A DNA stretch of 64,000 bases from Saprospiraceae bacterium (GTDB lineage: Bacteria > Bacteroidota > Bacteroidia > Chitinophagales > Saprospiraceae), in assembly GCA_013001975.1 (NCBI GenBank), contig JABDKX010000215.1, positions 12,038 to 76,037 of the forward strand. Reading direction: 5' to 3'. Shown piece after piece: positions 9,565 to 18,041 of the stretch. The notes beneath the pieces were generated by a model. The model saw nothing but the letters and a program-made list of their open reading frames with translations, was not told the DNA's origin and did no database searches. The translations under genes and the position numbers were made by a program. Within the stretch, counting starts at the first letter, position 1, and every line of letters begins with the position of its first letter.

Positions 9565-10446
9565 CTACGCTTGTTTTGCATTTCTTTCCACGAAATTAAT
9601 AATTCGTCCAGCAATATCTACTTTAGTTGTGGTTTCTATACCTTCTAGACCAGGAGAAGCATTAACTTCTAATACTAATGGGCCACGTTGGGATCTTAAC
9701 ATATCCACTCCTGCTACAGTTAGTCCTAGACTTTTTGCTGCCTTTAGAGCAACTTCCTTCTCGTTATCCGTGATTTCTATTTTTGATGAAGTGCCGCCTC
9801 TATGCAGATTAGATCTGAATTCGCCTTCTTTAGCCTTTCTTTTCATACTGCCTACAATTTCTCCATCGACAATAAAAATCCTGATATCAGTTCCTTTTGA
9901 CTCTTTAATGAATTCCTGCATCATAGACTTTTGTTTGGCTCTATTGAAAGCATCAAGAATTGATTCGGCTTGTACTTTATTGTCTGCCAGAACAACTCCT
10001 ATACCATGTGTGCCATTTATTAATTTTACAACAACTTGATCTCCAGGAATTTCTTTTAATAAATTTTTATATAAGTAACTGTTGTTAGAAACTATTGTCT
10101 TAGGTAATTGCAGACCGTTTGCTGCTAATATTTGTGAACAACTTAATTTATTTCTTGCTTTTATCAAAGCATCTGAAGAAAGACTTGTGAAAACATTAAG
10201 ATGTTCGAACTGTCTTATAACGGCTGCTCCAAAGTTAGTCCAGGAAGCCCCTATCCTTGGAATGATGGCATCAATATCTTTAAGAACTTGTCCTTGGTAT
10301 GATATAGTTAATTTTCCATCTTCTATTATTAAATCACAATTAACATAATCAATAATTCTTGCGTAATGGTGCCTAAGTCTAGCAGCTCTCGCTAAACTTT
10401 GAGTGCTGTAAAGTCCTGGGTTTCTGGAAAGTATAGCAATATTCAT
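9565..10446 (-). CDS. rimK: RimK-type ATP-grasp ligase (ribosomal protein S6--L-glutamate ligase family)
   Basis: 293 aa. N-terminus MNIAILSRNPGLYSTQSLARAA, ATP-grasp motifs (VVKLINGTHGIGV, DIRIFIVDGEIVG, LEVNASPGLEGIE). Confidence 0.9.
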   Translation of the reverse strand: MNIAILSRNPGLYSTQSLARAARLRHHYARIIDYVNCDLIIEDGKLTISYQGQVLKDIDAIIPRIGASWTNFGAAVIRQFEHLNVFTSLSSDALIKARNKLSCSQILAANGLQLPKTIVSNNSYLYKNLLKEIPGDQVVVKLINGTHGIGVVLADNKVQAESILDAFNRAKQKSMMQEFIKESKGTDIRIFIVDGEIVGSMKRKAKEGEFRSNLHRGGTSSKIEITDNEKEVALKAAKSLGLTVAGVDMLRSQRGPLVLEVNASPGLEGIETTTKVDIAGRIINFVERNAKQA

Positions 10447-10657
10447 AACTATTTTTTATCGCTCGTACAACAATTTAATAAAAGATGGGGTCAGTAAAAT
10501 TAAATAAGAATTTAATTTACTTAAATTATTATGACATATTTATTTTCTGCTTATGAATATATTCCTAGCTAATATTAAATATGTCTTTATGATATGAAAT
10601 TTATTATATCTTAAAGTTTCCAGAATTGCGATTAAATAACATTGAACAAAAGTATTT

Positions 10658-11941
10658 ATGGATTTTGTAAAGAACGATAAGAAAATTATCAATGGATGGG
10701 CTTTCTTTGATTGGGCAAACTCTGCATTTACTTTGGTTATATCAACAGCAGTGTTCCCACCATATTTTGCAGAATATGCTCCGAATATGGTGACAGTTTT
10801 TGGGTCGGAAATTGACAGTAATTCATTATTTTCTTATTCAATAACGTTTGCCTATTTACTTATTGCATTTATGACCCCGATGCTATCAGGGATTGCTGAT
10901 TTTAGTGGTAGAAGGAAAATATTTTTAAAGCTATTCACCATAATTGGTTCTGTCAGTTGTGTTGCTCTTTATATTTTTGATCCAGAATCTCAATTATTTC
11001 TTCTGTTAATGTTTTATGTTTTAGGTACAATCGGATTTGGAGGAGGCATTGTTTTTTATAACGCCTATCTTCCAGAAATAAGTACCGAAGATCAATATGA
11101 TGCAGTCAGTGCTAAGGGATATGCTTATGGTTATGTAGGGTCTGTTTTTTTATTATTGATCATTTTATTGATGATAACTTTTAATGAAAGCCTTGGGATC
11201 GAAAAAAAGGAAGCGGTGAAGCTTGGGTTTATTTTGGTTGGTGTTTGGTGGATTGCATTTGCACAAATAACATTCAGAAGACTACCTGAAGATAAGTCTA
11301 GTCCGTTCAGTTTAGGCTTGCTAAAAAAAGGTTTCGATGAAGTTAAATTGGTAGGTAGAAAAATTATGACAGAGCTGAATACAGTCAAGTTTTTATCTTC
11401 ATATTTTTTCTTTATTGCTGGAGTAAACGTTGTTATTTTATTAGCCAGTATCTTTGCCAAAGATGAGTTGGGCTTTGAAAGTAGCCAATTGATTTTACTC
11501 ATTTTATTGTTACAATTTCTAGCCGCTATTGGTGCTTATTTATTTGCATATATTTCTGATAAATTTGGAAATAAAGAATCTTTAATGATTCAAATATTTA
11601 TTTGGATAGGCATTTGTATCGCAGCTTACTTTACGAATAGCGTGGCAAGTTTCTATATCGTTTCAGTTTTTGTAGGTTTGGTTTTTGGAGGTATTCAATC
11701 CTTATCAAGGTCAACATACTCAAAACTTATCTCGGATGATGAGATACCTTTAACATCCTATTTTAGTTTTTATGATGTCTTAACTAAATTGGCTGTTGTT
11801 TTAGGAACTTTTGTATTTGGATTTGTTAATCAGATAACAGGGAATATGAGATATTCTGTCTTAGCATTGTCAGTATTTTTTGTGATAGGAGCAATTATTT
11901 TAGCAAGTGTCAAAGTGGCTCACGCAAAACAAAAAACTTAA
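10658..11941 (+). CDS. MFS transporter, UMF1/Atg22-like family
   Basis: About 12 predicted TM segments. The N-terminus GWAFFDWANSAFTLVISTAVFPPYF is typical of UMF1 family transporters. Confidence 0.7.
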   Translation: MDFVKNDKKIINGWAFFDWANSAFTLVISTAVFPPYFAEYAPNMVTVFGSEIDSNSLFSYSITFAYLLIAFMTPMLSGIADFSGRRKIFLKLFTIIGSVSCVALYIFDPESQLFLLLMFYVLGTIGFGGGIVFYNAYLPEISTEDQYDAVSAKGYAYGYVGSVFLLLIILLMITFNESLGIEKKEAVKLGFILVGVWWIAFAQITFRRLPEDKSSPFSLGLLKKGFDEVKLVGRKIMTELNTVKFLSSYFFFIAGVNVVILLASIFAKDELGFESSQLILLILLLQFLAAIGAYLFAYISDKFGNKESLMIQIFIWIGICIAAYFTNSVASFYIVSVFVGLVFGGIQSLSRSTYSKLISDDEIPLTSYFSFYDVLTKLAVVLGTFVFGFVNQITGNMRYSVLALSVFFVIGAIILASVKVAHAKQKT

Positions 11942-13470
11942 TCAATCAATTCGTAACAACCAATGTCTGGTGAAGTTGTACTTCTTAATTCTTCTAAAAT
12001 ATCTAAAGTTACAAATGGTATAATTGATCCTTTATTTTGGGCAACACTCATCGTATCTAAAGAGTAGATATCCTCATCAACATTTAGGAATACGGTATCT
12101 TGTCGTGTGGCTGTGACACAATCTTTACAATTGTCAAAGAAGTTTGGAAATTGATCGGCATTAAGCAGCTCATCCACTGTAACGACACAATTATTAAAAT
12201 CATAATTAAAAAGAAATGGATCTTCGCCATTTGAAATATCAAAAAATCCGATTTCATCATCATCATTGCCTGTGAAAATGCAATTATTAAAAGTTCCTCT
12301 CAAACCATTAAAAAGTACAGTTGCACAATCTGCATCTAAACATTTTATATTATTGGCATTTAAAGCAGGATCCTGATTGTTATAATTGGCTATTGTACAA
12401 TAATTGAACAGGTAGTCTCCGCCAAAATTTAAACTCAGGCCTGATCCTCCATTTTGATAAAACAAAGAATTTTCTGCATAAATATTGGCATGTGATGCTG
12501 TTAAGCCGCTTCCAGAAGTATATGCAAATATTGATGATTCTATTCGCAGACTTGCTGCTGAATCGACAGACACGCCAACTATTGAATTTCTAACATGTGT
12601 ATGACTTAGAACATTTCCTTTCGAGCCTTGACTAATTAATATGCCTGACCACTGACCTTGCACTTCTTCAAATTCCATTTCCAACCTGTCAGTCTGAAAT
12701 GTTACAGGCTCTTCTAAAGTTCCATTTGACACAAGAGATCCATTTTCTAATAACACCAAAAGACCATCATTGAAAACACCTAAATCATTTATAGCAATGC
12801 CACCATGTACAAAAACTTCCGTCCCTGGAGGTAATACAAGATCACAACTGTCAATCAATAACACACCATACAAGACATATGGTTTTGGATCATCCCAAGT
12901 CCATGTTCCAAAATCACAACTTACATAATTGACTGTCCCGCCACTCTCTCTACTTGGAATATAATTTGCATTTTGACCCCAAGCTTCTAAAAGAACGCTA
13001 TAATCTGAGTCATTGACTTTAAAATTTACATTTTCCTCAATGAAAAATGGACTTATGCTGACTGGGTTATCTGGGTCAATAGTTACTTCAGCAAAAACAT
13101 ATATACTATCTGTAGGCTCAATCCTTATATTTTCAACAGCATTCATCTGAATACCATCAACATTAATTCTGAAAAAGCTTCCTGAAGGCTTGTCAAGAGA
13201 AATGGAATTGATAATTACAGTTTCTTCCAAATCATTATAAATCTTAAAAAATCTTGTTGCAGACCCAGCTTGAGTAAAAACCGTATCAAATCTTAATGTA
13301 TCTAAGGAAAATCTAAGTGGAATATTACTATCTGTTGCAATAACTTCTTCTTGGCAAGCGCTCAATGAAATCATTATACCGCATAAGATAACAAAGAAAT
13401 AAGTGATAGACTTTTCAGGCATGCTTTGAATTGAATCTTGAATTATGGGTACTAAACGTTTTGATGGCAT
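11938..13470 (-). CDS. Lipoprotein with right-handed parallel beta-helix (PbH1) repeats
   Basis: Lipobox ISLSAC. Repeated short segments rich in G/N/S-x-I/L (NSIVGVSVDSAASLRIESSIFAYTSGSGLTASHANIYAENSLFYQNGGSGLSLNF) are typical of pectate-lyase-fold proteins. The start could instead be the second Met (13422). Confidence 0.6.
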   Translation of the reverse strand: MPSKRLVPIIQDSIQSMPEKSITYFFVILCGIMISLSACQEEVIATDSNIPLRFSLDTLRFDTVFTQAGSATRFFKIYNDLEETVIINSISLDKPSGSFFRINVDGIQMNAVENIRIEPTDSIYVFAEVTIDPDNPVSISPFFIEENVNFKVNDSDYSVLLEAWGQNANYIPSRESGGTVNYVSCDFGTWTWDDPKPYVLYGVLLIDSCDLVLPPGTEVFVHGGIAINDLGVFNDGLLVLLENGSLVSNGTLEEPVTFQTDRLEMEFEEVQGQWSGILISQGSKGNVLSHTHVRNSIVGVSVDSAASLRIESSIFAYTSGSGLTASHANIYAENSLFYQNGGSGLSLNFGGDYLFNYCTIANYNNQDPALNANNIKCLDADCATVLFNGLRGTFNNCIFTGNDDDEIGFFDISNGEDPFLFNYDFNNCVVTVDELLNADQFPNFFDNCKDCVTATRQDTVFLNVDEDIYSLDTMSVAQNKGSIIPFVTLDILEELRSTTSPDIGCYELID

Positions 13471-13590
13471 CTTCTATTGAAAAAATACGTGTAAAAATAG
13501 AGTTTTATGAAGACTATTGTCATTTTTTGTCATTTAATCACATAGTAATAAGCTAGATTTGTGCTTCAATCGTAATTAATATAATGATTA

Positions 13591-14274
13591 GTGATAACTG
13601 ATGTAATTATTCCTGCGTATAATGAGGAAGAATCAATATCGAAGGTGATTCTTGATATTCCTAAGTCGATTGTCAGACACATTATTGTTTGCAATAACAA
13701 CAGTAGTGATAACACTAAAATAGTGGCTGAGCAATGTGGTGCTGTTGTAGTAGACGAACCAAAAAAAGGCTATGGTGGCGCTTGTCTTAAAGGAATGGAT
13801 TATATTAAAAGTTTGGAAGTCAAACCAGATATTATTGTTTTTTTAGATGGAGATTATTCCGATCATCCAGAAGAGATGCCCAAGTTATTAAATCCGATTA
13901 TAAATGATAACATGGATATGGTCATTGGTTCAAGAGCCTTAGGAAATCTTGAAAAGGGGGCAATGCAACCACAGCAAGTGTTTGGGAATTGGTTGGCAAC
14001 TTGCCTGATTAAAATGATTTATCAATATACATTTACAGATTTAGGACCTTTTCGTGCAATTAAATATCCAGTATTAATGGAGATAGATATGCAAGACAAA
14101 GATTTTGGATGGACGGTTGAAATGCAAGTCAAGGCAGCTAAGCTAAAATTAAAATGTACTGAAGTGCCTGTTTCTTACAGAAAACGAATTGGTGTTTCTA
14201 AAGTTTCGGGTACTGTAAAAGGGACAATATTGGCGGGGCATAAAATTTTATGGACAATTTTTAAATTGATATAA
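13591..14274 (+). CDS. Glycosyltransferase family 2 (small, DPM1/polyprenyl-phosphate glycosyltransferase-like)
   Basis: N-terminus VIIPAYNEEESI, DxD motif FLDGDYSD, 227 aa, GTG start. Confidence 0.8.
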   Translation: MITDVIIPAYNEEESISKVILDIPKSIVRHIIVCNNNSSDNTKIVAEQCGAVVVDEPKKGYGGACLKGMDYIKSLEVKPDIIVFLDGDYSDHPEEMPKLLNPIINDNMDMVIGSRALGNLEKGAMQPQQVFGNWLATCLIKMIYQYTFTDLGPFRAIKYPVLMEIDMQDKDFGWTVEMQVKAAKLKLKCTEVPVSYRKRIGVSKVSGTVKGTILAGHKILWTIFKLI

Positions 14275-14275
14275 T

Positions 14276-15763
14276 ATGGGTTTGTTGGGATATATAGTTA
14301 TTGGTTTGTATTTGTTTTGCTTAAGCTATATAACCATATATTGCCTTTTTCAATTTCATCTTTTGCTGCATTATACAAAGCATAAAAGAGCAGAAAAAAA
14401 ATCAGAAATCATTGTTCCTGAAATGAATGGGGAATGGCCATCCGTTACGATTCAGTTGCCTATTTTTAATGAATACTTTGTTGTAGAGCGTCTGATTGAT
14501 AATATTGCAAGCTTAGATTATCCAAAAGATAAATTTGAAATTCACATTTTGGATGACAGTACAGATGAAACAATTGAACTATCTAAAAAGAAAGCAGCGG
14601 AGTACAGAGCAAAAGGATTTAATATACAATGCATAACAAGGGAAGAACGCAAAGGATACAAAGCAGGTGCATTGAAGGATGCTATGGCTTTTGCAAAAGG
14701 AGAGTTTATTGCCATCTTTGATGCTGACTTTTTACCGAACCCTACTTTTCTAAAAGATACAGTGCCTTATTTTAATGATGATAAAGTTGGTGTGGTACAA
14801 ACAAGATGGGGACATATCAATCAAGGGTACTCGCTTATTACAGAACTTCAAGCATTTCAATTAAATGTCCACTTTACAGTTGAGCAACAGGGCCGTGAAT
14901 CAGCAGATTACTTATTACAATTTAATGGAACAGCAGGCGTTTGGAGGAGGCAAACAATTGAAGATGCTGGCGGATGGGAAGCAGATACTTTAACTGAAGA
15001 TTTAGATCTCAGTTACAGAGCGCAACTCAAAGGTTGGAAAATAAATTACTTGGAGGAAGTCTTGTCTCCTGCGGAATTGCCTGCAGAAATGATTGGATTA
15101 AAATCTCAACAGTTCAGATGGATGAAAGGTGGAGCTGAAACTGCTAAAAAGTTGCTTCCGACAATATGGAAAAGCAAATTGAATCTCATGAAAAAGATTC
15201 ATGCATCAATTCACCTGATGGGGAGTACGATATTTTTATTTGTATTCTTTATGGGTGTTCTGAGCGTGCCGTTATTATCAGTAATTAATCCGCTTAATCT
15301 CAATACTGATATCTTAAGCATATTTTTAATCAGCCTAGTTGCTATTATTGCTGTTTATTATGTAGCTAATGTTAATACAGCTTGGGATAATCAAAATAAG
15401 CTAAAGTCATTTATTAAATTCATTTTTATATTTCCTTGCTTTTTAGCTTTGTCAATGGGCTTATCTTTCCATAATTCACTGGCTGTGTTGCAAGGATACC
15501 GAGGTAAAAAATCTTCATTCGTCAGAACACCAAAGTTTAATATCAAAGGCATCACCGATAGTTTAAATACAACAAAATACAGGGGAAGTAAGATTTCAAT
15601 GGTAACGATATTAGAAGGCATATTGGCACTTTACTTTCTACTAGGGATTGGTCTTGGAATAAAATTAGGTGATAACTCATTAATTTTGTTCCATGCATTA
15701 TTATGTTTTGGCTACGGGACAATTTTTTATTATTCGGTAAAGCATTTAAGATATCAAACCTAA
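14276..15763 (+). CDS. Membrane-embedded processive-type glycosyltransferase family 2 (cellulose/chitin/glucosyl-lipid synthase-like)
   Basis: N-terminal TM helix, LPIFNE, DDSTD, FDADF, QTRWGH, TEDLDLS and a QxxRW motif (QQFRWMKGG), followed by several C-terminal TM helices. It starts 1 nt after the previous gene. Confidence 0.8.
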   Translation: MGLLGYIVIGLYLFCLSYITIYCLFQFHLLLHYTKHKRAEKKSEIIVPEMNGEWPSVTIQLPIFNEYFVVERLIDNIASLDYPKDKFEIHILDDSTDETIELSKKKAAEYRAKGFNIQCITREERKGYKAGALKDAMAFAKGEFIAIFDADFLPNPTFLKDTVPYFNDDKVGVVQTRWGHINQGYSLITELQAFQLNVHFTVEQQGRESADYLLQFNGTAGVWRRQTIEDAGGWEADTLTEDLDLSYRAQLKGWKINYLEEVLSPAELPAEMIGLKSQQFRWMKGGAETAKKLLPTIWKSKLNLMKKIHASIHLMGSTIFLFVFFMGVLSVPLLSVINPLNLNTDILSIFLISLVAIIAVYYVANVNTAWDNQNKLKSFIKFIFIFPCFLALSMGLSFHNSLAVLQGYRGKKSSFVRTPKFNIKGITDSLNTTKYRGSKISMVTILEGILALYFLLGIGLGIKLGDNSLILFHALLCFGYGTIFYYSVKHLRYQT

Positions 15764-15779
15764 TTTTAAATATACGAAT

Positions 15780-17099
15780 GTAATTCTGGCATTTTGCTTT
15801 TTAACGAGTGTCTACTTATTAGCTTTTGTTACCGATCAAAAATCATTTTATAAAACCATCACATTCTTTACTTGTGGTTTCGTCTTCTATATTCTTTTAT
15901 TAAAAAGAGCCTTTTCGAAAAAAGTAAGCGTAAAGTTCCTTATTATAATTGCAATAATAGCGCGGATACTGATACTGCCTAGTTTTCCAAATCTCTCCGA
16001 TGATATTTATAGATTTATATGGGATGGACACTTGGTCCATAATAATATAAATCCATTAACCTTTACACCTCAACAATTAATGGATGCAAGGATTCTTCAA
16101 TCGAATGGACTTGAAAATCTTTTTGCTCAGTTGAATTCAAAAGAATACTTTACGGTTTACCCGCCAATTAGTCAATTCGTTTTTTTTATAGCAGCCTCAA
16201 TAGGAATATCTGAATTACTAGTGTCTTCTATAATTATAAAAGTAATTTTATTAGCATTTGAGTTAGGTAGTATTTTGTTGATTGCGAAGCTTTTAGAGAA
16301 GTATAATTTGAACAAGAGCAATGTACTTATCTATGCGTTAAATCCATTGGTTATTATTGAAATAATGGCTAATGTTCATTTTGAGGCCATCATGGTTTTT
16401 TTCGTCGTGGCCACATTTTATTTTTTAAGTAATAAGAAAATAATTGTAGCCTCTTTAATGATGTCCTTGGCTGTGGCTGCCAAACTGCTGCCATTAATAT
16501 TTATGCCGGCGATCTTACTCTATCTTAAATCTGATTTTAAATGGGTTAAATTTTTATCCTACTTCACCACATTCACGATCCTTTTATTTATTCCATTTTT
16601 TATCACCTTGGATATTCATCATTTCTTGCAGAGTATAGATTTATATTTTCAAAATTTCGAGTTCAATGCAAGCATCTATTACGTGCTTAGATGGCTTGGA
16701 AAAATACTTACTGGGTACAATCAAATTATAATTTTGGGCCCCTTGTTAGGATTAATTACGTTTATAATAATAATAAGAGAATTGAAGAAAGTAGCAGGTT
16801 TTAATTTATTGGGCTTAATCAACTTCTGTTTGTTTTCTTTTGTGACATATTTGGTACTCAGTACAACTATTCACCCTTGGTACTTAATTCTACCCATTGC
16901 ATTAACGGTTTTCCAACCAAGATTATATTTAATGGTTTGGTCATTGCTTATTATTCTAAGTTACGCGACCTATCAAACCGCTGATTTCGAGCAGAATTTG
17001 TTTTTAATATTTATTGAGTATTTGTTAGTCTTTATTGTTTGGACTTTAGAAAGGGTAGGGAAGATTTCGTTTAAAAAGTTCTTTTATCAAGTGGCATAA
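15780..17099 (+). CDS. Polytopic membrane protein, putative GT-C-like/DUF2029-like glycosyltransferase; the start codon is unresolved
   Basis: The ORF track starts at TTG 16032, but the same frame is open from 15750. It encodes obvious TM helices and a conserved-looking LPSFPNLSDDIYRFIWDG loop upstream of 16032. There is no ATG/GTG/TTG in that frame between 15750 and 16031. ATG at 15778 is out of frame by one base. Confidence 0.6.
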   Translation, partial: VILAFCFLTSVYLLAFVTDQKSFYKTITFFTCGFVFYILLLKRAFSKKVSVKFLIIIAIIARILILPSFPNLSDDIYRFIWDGHLVHNNINPLTFTPQQLMDARILQSNGLENLFAQLNSKEYFTVYPPISQFVFFIAASIGISELLVSSIIIKVILLAFELGSILLIAKLLEKYNLNKSNVLIYALNPLVIIEIMANVHFEAIMVFFVVATFYFLSNKKIIVASLMMSLAVAAKLLPLIFMPAILLYLKSDFKWVKFLSYFTTFTILLFIPFFITLDIHHFLQSIDLYFQNFEFNASIYYVLRWLGKILTGYNQIIILGPLLGLITFIIIIRELKKVAGFNLLGLINFCLFSFVTYLVLSTTIHPWYLILPIALTVFQPRLYLMVWSLLIILSYATYQTADFEQNLFLIFIEYLLVFIVWTLERVGKISFKKFFYQVA

Positions 17100-17100
17100 A

Positions 17101-17138
17101 AAAACCGACTTTGAAAACAAAGCCGGTTTTATATTTTT
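17101..17138. terminator. Bidirectional rho-independent terminator between convergent genes
   Basis: 12-bp stem AAAACCGACTTT / AAAGCCGGTTTT (one mismatch) with loop GAAAAC, an A-run on the left and a T-run on the right. Confidence 0.7.
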
Positions 17139-17151
17139 CATTTTGAGAATA

Positions 17152-18018
17152 TTAATATTCCCAAAGATCATGTTCAAAGTTAAACAGTTCAGCTTTAATC
17201 TTATCTGATTCTAATAATCTGTCAATACCTTCTCTATCGTAACCATAGAAAAGATCTTGAACTCTCAGGTCAAGCGTGTTAGATTGTTTGATAATATAAC
17301 TCGCAAAAAATCTTTGTTCAAACAAATCAAACCAAGACATTGTAGAAATTTCATTAAAATCATTTTCAACTCTAAACCTAGATAAAGGCTCCCTTGCTTC
17401 AGGGTAGTAAATCCAAAATAAAGGTAAAGCATACTTAAATTCTCCAGTTGCAGGATCTATAACATTTTGAATTGGTGAAATTCCTAATATTCTAGATTTC
17501 ATAACTGAAAGTTCTTTATCAAAGTACCAAACTTCTTTTAACCTGAATTGCTCAATATCTTCCCAGTTAACCTCATTTTTAACGATCTCAATTTTCTCTT
17601 CATAAGTATCATAATCAAATACTGTTGTTGTATCTATTCTATTCAACTTACCTTCGATTTCTTCAAGTGTCATAGGCTCTCTAAAGAATTCATCTTTAAA
17701 AACGGCGATATCACCATTTTCAGCTAATTCTCTAAGGATACTAAAAAAAGGTTTTAACGGGCTTTTGAAAGATATGTTCATCTTCTCTCTGATATCAATA
17801 ATTCTCCACAATTTTCTTTCCCATGTTACATCAGCTTCACGTACATGATCATAATCTAATACACGTGTTTCTTCGATTAGGTTTCTATTGACAACACCAT
17901 CGATATAAATATCTTCTAAAGGTGTACCAGATTCTCCTACGATGACTGTATCATCTTGAGCAAACATGCTGCAAGAGAAGAGTACAAAACACAGTAGAAA
18001 TAAATTTTTGTTTAACAT
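17152..18018 (-). CDS. gldN: Gliding motility/T9SS protein GldN (PorN)
   Basis: Signal peptide, about 290 aa, last gene of a gldKLMN-ordered operon. The call relies mainly on conserved gene order plus size. Confidence 0.8.
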   Translation of the reverse strand: MLNKNLFLLCFVLFSCSMFAQDDTVIVGESGTPLEDIYIDGVVNRNLIEETRVLDYDHVREADVTWERKLWRIIDIREKMNISFKSPLKPFFSILRELAENGDIAVFKDEFFREPMTLEEIEGKLNRIDTTTVFDYDTYEEKIEIVKNEVNWEDIEQFRLKEVWYFDKELSVMKSRILGISPIQNVIDPATGEFKYALPLFWIYYPEAREPLSRFRVENDFNEISTMSWFDLFEQRFFASYIIKQSNTLDLRVQDLFYGYDREGIDRLLESDKIKAELFNFEHDLWEY

Positions 18019-18041
18019 GATCTTTAATTTTTTGCTTGTTA

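Noticed and set aside
9564-9614. Longer start for the AstE/AspA-like gene, overlapping rimK by 50 nt.
   Set aside because: The Met at 9563 sits 1 nt after the rimK stop, which is a typical operon junction. The extension residues show no conserved features.
9629-10348. Plus-strand ORFs (136 aa and 88 aa) inside rimK.
   Set aside because: They are antisense shadow ORFs within a gene that has clear ATP-grasp motifs. Their composition is Ser/Pro/Leu-rich, typical of reverse-frame artefacts.
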